A DNA stretch of 38,121 bases, taken from contig DOCA01000090.1 in NCBI GenBank assembly GCA_003503995.1, positions 1-38,121 of the forward strand, read 5' to 3'. The notes under the pieces were generated by a model. It had not been told where the DNA came from. It was given only the letters and a program-made list of their open reading frames with translations, and searched no databases. The position numbers were made by a program, and so were the translations under genes. This document shows, in pieces, positions 27,126 through 35,326 of this stretch (the stretch's first letter is position 1; each line of letters opens with the position of its first letter). The stretch comes from Holosporales bacterium. Its GTDB lineage: Bacteria; Pseudomonadota; Alphaproteobacteria; Caedimonadales; UBA9215.

Positions 27126-27701
27126 TTATTCCTGACTCCTAGCGCGCATGATGGTCTGCCTACTTGTGTTTAATTCACGAGCTATTTCTGAAACAGTCTC
27201 TCCTTTTTGTATTTTCTCTGCGACAGATTGTTTTTGCTCTAATGATAATGTTGGCCGTCTTCCTAAGAGTTTTCCTTGTGATTTGGCCCGTGATAGGCCA
27301 GCTTGTGTACGTTCGATAAGAAGATCCCTCTCGAACTGGGCAACTGTGTTGATAATGTTCATGGTCATTCTTCCAGCTGAACTTGTGAGATCAACGCCCC
27401 CTAAAGCAAGGCAATGAACTCGAACGCCTGTTTTTTCTAAAGCTTCAACTGTCATGCTGACATCAATGGTATCTCTTCCAAGTCGATCAAGCTTGGTCAC
27501 AACAAGCACATCACCTTTCTCCATTTTATCAATCAGTCGGGAAAATCCCTTGCGTTGTTTAATGGCCATGGAACCAGAAATAGTTTCTGAGATTATTCTA
27601 TGGGGTTCAATTCTAAAACCGGCTGCTTCAATTTCAAGGATCTGGTTTTCGGGTACTTGTTCAGTGGTTGAGACACGGACATAAGCAAAAGTTCTAGACA
27701 T
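27126..27701 (-). CDS. serine recombinase (resolvase/invertase family)
   Basis: MSRTFAYVRVSTTEQ holds the catalytic Ser motif. Other matches are VTKLDRLGRD, QFERDLLIERT and a C-terminal HTH (ETVSEIARELNTSRQTIMRA). The track start at 27719 is a TTG; the ATG at 27701 gives the canonical N-terminus. Confidence 0.9.
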   Translation of the reverse strand: MSRTFAYVRVSTTEQVPENQILEIEAAGFRIEPHRIISETISGSMAIKQRKGFSRLIDKMEKGDVLVVTKLDRLGRDTIDVSMTVEALEKTGVRVHCLALGGVDLTSSAGRMTMNIINTVAQFERDLLIERTQAGLSRAKSQGKLLGRRPTLSLEQKQSVAEKIQKGETVSEIARELNTSRQTIMRARSQE

Positions 27702-27743
27702 ATTATCTTTTCTGTTCAAAATGGCTGTACGTAATTATAACAG

Positions 27744-27815
27744 TGTCCTTTATTGTGTAAAGATAATTTATGGACACCATTATTTCCTGTGTCCGAAAAC
27801 GAACCTTTTCGGACA
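27744..27815. promoter_or_regulatory. res-like recombinase binding sites (two TGTCC...GGACA inverted-repeat pairs)
   Basis: GTGTCC (27744-27749) pairs with GGACAC (27772-27777). TGTCCGAAAA (27790-27799) pairs with TTTTCGGACA (27806-27815), perfect 10-bp arms with a 6-bp spacer. They lie directly upstream of the resolvase gene. Confidence 0.55.
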
Positions 27816-27832
27816 GGGGAAGCTATATAAAT

Positions 27833-30800
27833 TTATCTTTCTAAAGAAGGTCCTTTATCAATTTGCGCTTCTTGCTCCTTATTCTTTTCAATAGACCTAG
27901 TTGCTTCAGTTTTAGTTGAAGAATCGGCATAAGCCTTTGCAGAACGTGTGCTCCAATAATCTTTATTATCCCTTTTTGAAGAATGGCTTGTCGGGACTCT
28001 CCCCTCTAATAGATCAGAAATGACCCTGCTTTGTTGCTTTTGTGCATCAATGGCCATCTCAGGATTCTCATCAAACTGCTTCTTAAATAAAGTGTTGTCT
28101 CTGCCAAGTTTTTCTCTGTGCTGCATAATTAAGTCAGCTTGTAATACTAACAATCTATTTTTAGAGGATTCATCATTAAGAGACTGAGTTTGACCGCCTT
28201 CTGCTTTATGTTCTTTATTTTTAGAAAAGCCCTCCTGTGAGGTGAGTGACTTTTCTAAAAACTCAAGGGGTTCCTTAAGTGCTGATAATTGCTGTTTCTG
28301 AGCATCAATAGCTAATTCAGGATTTTCATTGAATTGTTTTTCAAACAACTCGTTATCTCTGCCAAGTCGCCTACGATGATTCATAATGAGATCGGCCTGT
28401 TTTTTGAACAGCTCTTGCTTTAATCTTTTCCCATAAGAAATCGCAGCACTCTGCTCCAAAGGCTTTTCTTGCGTCTTGACGTGTTCTGTTGGACTCCCAG
28501 ACTTAGAGAGATCAGTTGTTGTTTTGTTTGAGGAGATATCATTGATTTTTTCATTAGTCTGCTCGCTTTGGTTTTCCCTGGGCAATAACGATGATGCCAT
28601 TAACCCAGGTACTTGTCTCTCCAAAAGAGACTGTAGGGATTTTACCCCACCACTGGTTAATAAATCGTTAAAATCCAATTTCTTATCGGAATTCTTTGTA
28701 TTCTCTACGGGAAGGATAATTTGAACCCTGTTCCCTTTTTCTTCTAAGATCGTTTTGGCTTTTTCAGTCATCTGCCAAGAAGGCTTATTCTTACTACCAT
28801 CCCAATCACCAGCGATGATAACATCACGGCCTTTAACATCAAGATTATCGATGTTTGCAATGCCAAGAGAACAATAATAACTTCCCTTTAAGCCTGTTTC
28901 TTTAACAGAAAGGGCCGTCTCAACACCTTCGGCTAAAATAATTGGACTCTTGGCATCGCCCTTTTTAAGCTCTACAAAGGCTCCTGTGGGGGAACCGTAT
29001 GTTGCCTTGATGAACTTCTTCCCGTTGTCATCAACACATCTTTTGCCCTCAGAAGTAAGGTACGTCAATTGGATGGCCTTTGTGTCGCCATCCAAGGTTT
29101 TCGCAATGGAAACTAACGCACCCGTCTTCACATAAGGTTTCTTCTCTCCATAGGTGAAGGAGGTCTTAGGCGGAAGATACCTTAGAGACTCAGATAGCTC
29201 TCCCTTAATCCCTCGTTCATTCCTTAGGTAAGCTTCGGCAGGGGTCCCTTTAATAGAAACGCTTTTCATAATACAGGATTGAACACCAGCTGCTTTTTGT
29301 TCAAGATCCTTCTTGTGCTCTAACTCACGTTTCTTATTAAAGGCTTCTTCCGCCGCTTTATGAGCTTTGATTTCCTCAGGGGAACTTTCACGAATCTTCT
29401 TCCCCTTAAGGTAGGACTCAACATCTTGAACCACACTGCCACGGCAATAAGGAAGGATATAAGACAAAGCGCCCTTAAAGTCTAAGCCCTTTTCTTCCCG
29501 AAGTTTTTGGAAGAGTGGTGTTGTCTTTCCAGTCTTATAACAATGAACGCTGCCTTCATATTGCCCCGAAAGGTTATAGATTAATTTTCCATCTCTAAAG
29601 GCAACCGATCTGCTATTTGATCGAGCCTCACTATGACCATACTTTCTAAGAATATCCTTTGATAAACTTACCGTATCAGAAGACTTTAAGGCTCGATCAG
29701 CAAGAGCAAACTTTTCAGTTTTGGTTAAGGGCTTCTGAGCCTCGCTGCGGTTTTTGGTTTTTATAGTTTCAGATTGAGGGATAGAAGAACCTTTCAGCTC
29801 CGTAGCTTCTATCCTAGATCCTTCTTTCTCCTTCGGTGATGAACGGGCTGTCATTGGAGAATCAGAACGATGAGCATGGCTCTCTTTGTTGTCCTGATTT
29901 TTCTCAGGGGCGACACTTGCTAACTTTTTGGCCTCATCCCCCTCTTCCGCAACGCTTTTATCTTTTTTCAAAGAAAGGGATGAAGACCCATCAGAACCTA
30001 TGGTATTCTTATTGTGAAGTTGGGGTTTTCCTTTTGATGATATAGATTTTTCCCCAACTTCAACACTTTTTAAATTTTCTGCCGCTTTCATAGCAATTTC
30101 TTCGGAAGCATATCCTGTATAATACTTATCATTCCGAGCGATATTCCAGTGCCCCCCTCTTTTATATACGGTCGTTTCCAGCGCTGGGTTATACTTATTT
30201 GAATTTTTCAACGTAAGCCAAATTTCTTTGCCGTCACTCTTCGAGTTCCCACTTCTTTTAAAAGCCTTCACCCGATCAGCAATTTCCTTCTTTTCCTCTT
30301 CTGTAAGATTAGCAAAAGAAACAGGCCTAAACTTCTCATCTGCCCGATCAGCTTCTGATCTTAAGTTCTCAGTAATATCCTGCGAAACCCTAATCAGATT
30401 AGTCTCTGGGGTACGCCCTAAGAATTTATCACAAACGGTGCTAAAGGCTCTTTGACCCACATAACCAATAGCTTCAAACTTCTGACCAACTCTCTTTAAA
30501 GAAGAATTGAGATGCTTTTCATCTGATTTCATCAAAGACAGTAATTGATCACCTGAAACATAATCCATCGCGGCTAGCTTATCTTGATGACGATCTAAAC
30601 GCTCAAACACCTTATCTTTTCGCCAGAAATCAACCTTTGAAACAAACATCTGAACATTCTTAGCATGACGCGTCATGGCGACATAGGTTAAGTTCTTGTA
30701 TTGCTCAAAACTGGAAAGAACGAAGGCCCAGTCAACGGTGACACCTTGGTTTTTATGAAGGGTAACAGCCCAACCATTATCAAACCTCTTATAAAGATTT

Positions 30801-33496
30801 GGAGAGAAGGAAACCGTCTTATCTTCACCATCCTTTTTAATTACAGCCTCTATGTTGTCCTTTGATAACGCGGTAACACGCCCAAGTGTTCCGTTCTTAA
30901 CCCCTAGACCCTTCTCAATTTCTGTGAAGACGATCTGATCACCAACACTAAAGCGGCGCTCTTCATTAACAAACTGCTGCTTTCCAAGATCATCCCCTGC
31001 CGTCCGTTCAATGGTATAGATATACTCTTCCTTGCCAAGAACTCCAGCAGCTCGCATCTTATCCCGTGCCATGGCATTTAAATGCTGAACATCCTTATTG
31101 CTATAGGACATCATTGTATGAGTATCTTTTGGATTAAGCTCCGTTGACTTAAACCAAGCTGCAACCATTTCCTTCTTGGTATCTAAACGGGGATCACAAA
31201 GATGCTTTGCCGTACCACGCCAGTCAATGCCAAGTTTCTTCGCAAGTTTATGGGCTTTATCTTCGTCATATCCCTCTAATTCTTTATCATACCCATTATG
31301 TTTGCGGCAGAAGTCAACACCATCAACGCCCAACTCATGCATATGAGAACGGTAAGTTTCTATACCCCTAACCATAATGGTAGAGGCTTCTTTTCTAACA
31401 CCCTGCCACTCACTAAAGAATTCACTATCTTTATGAGCAAAAAACCTCTCCATGTCTGAAGGCTTCTCCTTCTTAGAAGGTTTAATACCCTTCGCCAAAT
31501 TCGCTTGCTCAACCGCCAGCTCTTTAATTTTATCCTTCTCAATATCTTTTCTGATCTCAGAAGAGATATTTCCAGAAACTCGTCTTGAGAGATTATAAAG
31601 ATCCACAACGCCTTTATGGTCCTTCTGATGAACCAAATCACTCACAAAGGTGTTTTGCTGATCAATGCCCTCTAGTTTATGAAACAACGCATTGACGTTA
31701 GCAGGGTTTTTATCAGATACACCTCTCGCACGAATCGTCCTAGAAATCTTGGTGAGCTGAGCCTCAATCGCTATTTTCTGATTCGCAACATCATTGATAG
31801 AAGAATACTTTTCATCAACGGTTTTGATTAACCCTTTATCATCATACCGCTTTAAAGCCTCAGCCGCCCTACCCTCTCCAAAGAGAACAGTAGCCTCCCT
31901 TTGCCACTCAATCTTTTGACGCAAGACCGTTGTTAAATCAGCCTTACCAACTTCTTTAACCGCAATCCTAAAGGGAATACCTGCTTCCACAGGAGACAAT
32001 TGACCAAGGTCACCACTGGCCACAAGCTTTACACCTAGCTTTTCAACGGCCTTAATTAAATCCCCAAAACAGCGCCCATCAACCATTCCCGCTTCATCGA
32101 GCACAATAATAGTCTTGGAATCATACTGGCTACGGCCATTTTCAAAGGATTTTAAGAAACTCTGAACCGTATTGGAGGAAATACCACAATCTGCTAGATT
32201 CTCTGCGGCCTTACCCGTAGGCGCTAAACCAAAGACCTGATAACCACTTTCCTCCCATATCTCCTTCATCACTTTCATGACGGTTGTTTTACCAGCCCCT
32301 GCATAGCCCTCAACAAAACTCAGTTGATCAGGTGAAGCCATGTGCTTAATAGACTTAATTTGGTCTTGGGATAAGGCAGCCTCAGGGTCTTTTTTAGATT
32401 CCCTTAAAGACTCAGTAGCTTTCTGAATAGCTCCCTCAACAACGGAATCCTCTACACCATGGGATTTGTTCTCCTTTAAAGATCTAAGGGTCTCAATAAA
32501 CTTCCCTTCCTCAGCAAGCCGTGTTCGTGTTGTAAAAACACTCCTAGAATAACTGCCGTTGTCTTCTAAACAAACCAACTCCGAAGACTGCTGAAGCTTT
32601 AAACTCAAGCGATTAAATAAAGCTTGATCATCAACGTAACGACCGAGAAGCTTTGCAACATCTCCCCACATAAAAGTTGTTTGTTGTTTTGAAATGGCAT
32701 CTAAGGCTTCTTCAGGGCGATTAATAAGCGTATATAAGTTACGAAGTTTAACCTCTTGATACTCACGCCCTCTCTCCGTCACGGGCGTAGAATGTATATT
32801 CTTTGGGTCCTGCCCTGCTTGCATTTCCATCTTGATAATCTTACTACCAAGCTTGGGTTGAGGCTCAAAGTTAATACCCCGATCCTTATAACTTCGATGA
32901 TCCCAATTAGCTTCAAAACCATTTTTTAAAAGATGATAATTGCCATAAGCCGCTAGCTGAGAACGCCACTGTTCGTGAACTTGTTTTTTATTCCAGTCAC
33001 GCTCCTTCAACCCCAAACCAGTCTCTGTTAAACCACGGGTTAACGCAACAACGTGACAATGGGGATTTGTCTCTCCTGTTTCTTCATTAACATCAAAGTG
33101 GTAATTTTTAAGAGCCGTTATACCAAGGCCACAAACCTGATCTTGGACAAAATCATTTATGAATTCCTTACCTTGTTCCTTGGTGAATTCACGGGGAATA
33201 CTAATACGAAATTCTCTATAAACTTGCGAGTCTTTTCTAGTCTCTGCCCCTTCAACGATATTGCAAAATTCCTGCACGCCTTTCGTGCGGTCTAAGTTAA
33301 TCAACTCTTTCAAATCAACGGCCCATTGAGGGGCGTCTTTTGACAAAGACAACTGAACATCTTCAACTTCTTTAGATTCACGATTAAAGATTTCGCCCGT
33401 CAGAGGACACTCTAGTTTGACACCAGCACGATAGGCAAGGGAATCAACTGTACTCCCCTTACTTCTGCCTATTATACCGATGTGCATGCTGTACAT
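27833..33496 (-). CDS. traA: conjugative relaxase TraA (Ti-type): MobA/MobL relaxase, RecD-like helicase and Toprim/primase-like domain
   Basis: N-terminus MYSMHIGIIGRSKGSTVDSLAYRAG plus EFRISIPREFT and NPHCHVV (MobA/MobL motifs). Helicase Walker A GYAGAGKTT (aa 397-405), IIVLDEAGMV, SGDLGQLSPVEAG and TLHKNQGVT...YVAMTRH. Toprim-like ILAEGVETALSV, VIIAGDWDG and DFNDLL (about aa 1410-1625). Confidence 0.9.
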   Translation of the reverse strand: MYSMHIGIIGRSKGSTVDSLAYRAGVKLECPLTGEIFNRESKEVEDVQLSLSKDAPQWAVDLKELINLDRTKGVQEFCNIVEGAETRKDSQVYREFRISIPREFTKEQGKEFINDFVQDQVCGLGITALKNYHFDVNEETGETNPHCHVVALTRGLTETGLGLKERDWNKKQVHEQWRSQLAAYGNYHLLKNGFEANWDHRSYKDRGINFEPQPKLGSKIIKMEMQAGQDPKNIHSTPVTERGREYQEVKLRNLYTLINRPEEALDAISKQQTTFMWGDVAKLLGRYVDDQALFNRLSLKLQQSSELVCLEDNGSYSRSVFTTRTRLAEEGKFIETLRSLKENKSHGVEDSVVEGAIQKATESLRESKKDPEAALSQDQIKSIKHMASPDQLSFVEGYAGAGKTTVMKVMKEIWEESGYQVFGLAPTGKAAENLADCGISSNTVQSFLKSFENGRSQYDSKTIIVLDEAGMVDGRCFGDLIKAVEKLGVKLVASGDLGQLSPVEAGIPFRIAVKEVGKADLTTVLRQKIEWQREATVLFGEGRAAEALKRYDDKGLIKTVDEKYSSINDVANQKIAIEAQLTKISRTIRARGVSDKNPANVNALFHKLEGIDQQNTFVSDLVHQKDHKGVVDLYNLSRRVSGNISSEIRKDIEKDKIKELAVEQANLAKGIKPSKKEKPSDMERFFAHKDSEFFSEWQGVRKEASTIMVRGIETYRSHMHELGVDGVDFCRKHNGYDKELEGYDEDKAHKLAKKLGIDWRGTAKHLCDPRLDTKKEMVAAWFKSTELNPKDTHTMMSYSNKDVQHLNAMARDKMRAAGVLGKEEYIYTIERTAGDDLGKQQFVNEERRFSVGDQIVFTEIEKGLGVKNGTLGRVTALSKDNIEAVIKKDGEDKTVSFSPNLYKRFDNGWAVTLHKNQGVTVDWAFVLSSFEQYKNLTYVAMTRHAKNVQMFVSKVDFWRKDKVFERLDRHQDKLAAMDYVSGDQLLSLMKSDEKHLNSSLKRVGQKFEAIGYVGQRAFSTVCDKFLGRTPETNLIRVSQDITENLRSEADRADEKFRPVSFANLTEEEKKEIADRVKAFKRSGNSKSDGKEIWLTLKNSNKYNPALETTVYKRGGHWNIARNDKYYTGYASEEIAMKAAENLKSVEVGEKSISSKGKPQLHNKNTIGSDGSSSLSLKKDKSVAEEGDEAKKLASVAPEKNQDNKESHAHRSDSPMTARSSPKEKEGSRIEATELKGSSIPQSETIKTKNRSEAQKPLTKTEKFALADRALKSSDTVSLSKDILRKYGHSEARSNSRSVAFRDGKLIYNLSGQYEGSVHCYKTGKTTPLFQKLREEKGLDFKGALSYILPYCRGSVVQDVESYLKGKKIRESSPEEIKAHKAAEEAFNKKRELEHKKDLEQKAAGVQSCIMKSVSIKGTPAEAYLRNERGIKGELSESLRYLPPKTSFTYGEKKPYVKTGALVSIAKTLDGDTKAIQLTYLTSEGKRCVDDNGKKFIKATYGSPTGAFVELKKGDAKSPIILAEGVETALSVKETGLKGSYYCSLGIANIDNLDVKGRDVIIAGDWDGSKNKPSWQMTEKAKTILEEKGNRVQIILPVENTKNSDKKLDFNDLLTSGGVKSLQSLLERQVPGLMASSLLPRENQSEQTNEKINDISSNKTTTDLSKSGSPTEHVKTQEKPLEQSAAISYGKRLKQELFKKQADLIMNHRRRLGRDNELFEKQFNENPELAIDAQKQQLSALKEPLEFLEKSLTSQEGFSKNKEHKAEGGQTQSLNDESSKNRLLVLQADLIMQHREKLGRDNTLFKKQFDENPEMAIDAQKQQSRVISDLLEGRVPTSHSSKRDNKDYWSTRSAKAYADSSTKTEATRSIEKNKEQEAQIDKGPSLER

Positions 33497-33551
33497 GTCA
33501 AAACCTTATATTCTTAAAACTGAATTACCTTGTAACCCGTTCTGGGTTTAA

Positions 33552-33603
33552 GGTGCTTGCACCGAAGCGTATAGTTGCAGTATGCAACGTATGAGCGCGC
33601 TTG
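33552..33603. other. candidate oriT core (inverted repeats plus MobQ-like nick region)
   Basis: It lies between divergent traA and traC/traD-like genes. GGTGC-TT-GCACC is at 33552-33563 and GTTGCA-gta-TGCAAC at 33574-33588. GTATGAGCGCGCTTG (33589-33603) follows, resembling the remembered RSF1010/Ti nick region (GTAAGTGCG|CCCT; CGTATAATTGCG|CCCT). Confidence 0.4.
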
Positions 33604-33742
33604 TCTAGCATTTACAATGCATCCAAGACACTTCGATTATTTTTTTCTTTACATTCCCCTCAAGTTTATTATTCTAGTCATAGGAATAATATTAATGGGT
33701 ACGGGAAGCTCAAGTTTCAATCACAACCTGAAAGGAATAGCT

Positions 33743-34045
33743 ATGTCTGTAACTCTAAAATCATTTGATGATAAAATTGATGATCTAAAACGTAAGAAAA
33801 AAGAACTTGAAGCAAAACAAGCTCAACAACTTTTTAAAGCTGCGTCCTATATCATCGGTGGTTCATACTCTCCACAATTAGCGGCCTGCATTATTGACGA
33901 CTCATGGAAAAATGCGACTGAAACCAAAAAGGGGGAATGGATTAAATCCTCTAAGAAATTTCAATTCACCCGACCTCGAAAAGCTAAAGCACCAGCTAAG
34001 CAGAATTCAAAAAAAGATGGCCAAAGTAGAACAGCAGAAATATAA
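33743..34045 (+). CDS. small relaxosome accessory protein candidate (TraC_Ti-like position)
   Basis: AAGGA RBS 7 nt upstream of the ATG at 33743. About 100 aa, with a coiled-coil N-terminus (DDKIDDLKRKKKELEAKQAQQ) and a basic tail. Its position next to oriT, divergent from traA, matches Ti traC. The upstream extension of the track ORF was rejected. Confidence 0.45.
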   Translation: MSVTLKSFDDKIDDLKRKKKELEAKQAQQLFKAASYIIGGSYSPQLAACIIDDSWKNATETKKGEWIKSSKKFQFTRPRKAKAPAKQNSKKDGQSRTAEI

Positions 34046-34325
34046 AATGCTTTCTCAAACAACTCCCAATAATACCCCCTACCGCAAAGCAAGAACGCGA
34101 ACGTTGATTCAGCTGGGGGGGCTTATTGAGAAATCCGGCCTTTTGGAAAACTTTGATATTGTCATTGGTGATAACCTCCAAACTGACCTTGAGAAAAAAG
34201 ACCAGGTGTTTGCTCTCCTTGGGGGACTTTTAGAACTCAATGACATGATGACTCAAGGAGAATACCCCCTTGCCCTCCTTTCGCAAAAAGGGGCAAAGTC
34301 CTTCCACGCGGATAAGGAAAAATGA
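34017..34325 (+). CDS. TraD(Ti)-like small conjugal transfer protein
   Basis: YRKARTRTLIQLGGLIEKSGLL matches the remembered small TraD family motif (R..DTR.KI.LGGL..KAGL). The start is uncertain: the frame is open from 33894, and any choice of start overlaps the preceding ORF. Confidence 0.6.
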   Translation: MAKVEQQKYKMLSQTTPNNTPYRKARTRTLIQLGGLIEKSGLLENFDIVIGDNLQTDLEKKDQVFALLGGLLELNDMMTQGEYPLALLSQKGAKSFHADKEK

Positions 34326-34356
34326 GAGAGAAGAATTTTTATAAAAGGTTTAAAAA

Positions 34357-34578
34357 ATGACAACCCAAATTCCTGACACTGACCTTAAAGCTCTGCGCAA
34401 AAAACTTGGGTTAACACAAAGAGAATTTGCAGAAAAATATTATATGGAGATTGAAACATTAAAAAGCTGGGAACAAGGAAAAAGATCCCCTACCGATGCG
34501 GTTAAATTACTATTATTCTTAATAGAAAATATGCCGTTAGATATAGAAAAAACACTAGAAAAGTACAACATTTCTTAG
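34357..34578 (+). CDS. XRE/MqsA-like helix-turn-helix protein
   Basis: 73 aa. LRKKLGLTQREFAEKY....ETLKSWEQGKRSPTDAVKLLL is the typical COG2944-type HTH pattern often seen in antitoxins and regulators. Confidence 0.75.
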   Translation: MTTQIPDTDLKALRKKLGLTQREFAEKYYMEIETLKSWEQGKRSPTDAVKLLLFLIENMPLDIEKTLEKYNIS

Positions 34579-34586
34579 TTTCCCCC

Positions 34587-34615
34587 TTGACTAAAAGGGG
34601 ACAATGTCCTACTAT
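34587..34615 (+). promoter_or_regulatory. candidate promoter (TTGACT-17 nt-TACTAT) overlapping a small CCCCTT/AAGGGG hairpin
   Basis: Read directly. It lies about 50 nt upstream of the 34664 ATG. Confidence 0.3.
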
Positions 34616-34663
34616 ATAAATATGAAAGAGCGATAGTGCTCGTATTTAAATAGGAAGAAAAAA

Positions 34664-34921
34664 ATGTCATTTAACTCAGAAAAACACCTTATGGATTTGA
34701 AATCAGAACTAGCCAGAACGGAAGCAGTTCTTAAATCCCCCGAATATATCAAAAGAGAAAAAGAATATGACTTAAAGCTCGGTATCGCTGTTAAAAGGGA
34801 AGTCGCGGAAAAAGGCTATACAACCATCCAAAACATTGAATCTGAGGAGTCTCTTCATGCTTGCGATCTTCAGGATCAAATATGGGAATTAGAGGCAGAG
34901 CTACGCAGTAATTGTGCATAA
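34664..34921 (+). CDS. hypothetical small protein, 85 aa
   Basis: AGGAAG RBS. Helical and charged. No family recognised. Confidence 0.45.
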   Translation: MSFNSEKHLMDLKSELARTEAVLKSPEYIKREKEYDLKLGIAVKREVAEKGYTTIQNIESEESLHACDLQDQIWELEAELRSNCA

Positions 34922-34943
34922 TAGGTTATTAGGGAGAAGATCG

Positions 34944-35306
34944 ATGATTTATATTAGTGAAGAGAGCGTTGCAACGATGCGAAAGCTTATTAAGGAAACC
35001 TTCCCAGATTTTAAGTTAAGTGTCACTAGGGTTAACCAAGCCTGCGTCAACGTAACTCTTTTGGAAGGCCCACTTGATTTCGGGATGACTTATTGCCAAA
35101 TAAACCCTTATACATATAAAAAAACTTGGAAAGACAATGGAATCGCACTCAAAATGTTTAATAAAATCATTTCTATAATGAATAGCGTTGAAGAAAAAGT
35201 GAATGTCTTTTTAGACAGTGAGAGTGGTTCAGTACCAAGCTATTTTCAGCACATAGATATAGGAAAATATAACAGTAAATATATTTTAAATAGTGACTAC
35301 TATTAA
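34944..35306 (+). CDS. hypothetical protein of a type common on conjugative elements
   Basis: GGGAGAAG RBS upstream of the ATG at 34944. ISEESVATMRKLIKETFPDFKLSVTRVNQACVNVTLLEGP resembles, from memory, the small 'polyvalent-protein-associated' domains of plasmid leading regions (..VAK.IRK.LK..FP..KFSV.....S..V.W.DGP). Not verified. Confidence 0.45.
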   Translation: MIYISEESVATMRKLIKETFPDFKLSVTRVNQACVNVTLLEGPLDFGMTYCQINPYTYKKTWKDNGIALKMFNKIISIMNSVEEKVNVFLDSESGSVPSYFQHIDIGKYNSKYILNSDYY

Positions 35307-35326
35307 AAAGTAACATATAAACAAAT

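Noticed and set aside
33575-33742. N-terminal extension of the traC-like ORF (MQYATYERACLAFTMHPRHF...).
   Set aside because: It would cover the oriT-like inverted repeats. It has no RBS, whereas the internal ATG at 33743 has AAGGA at the proper spacing and starts the coiled-coil protein.
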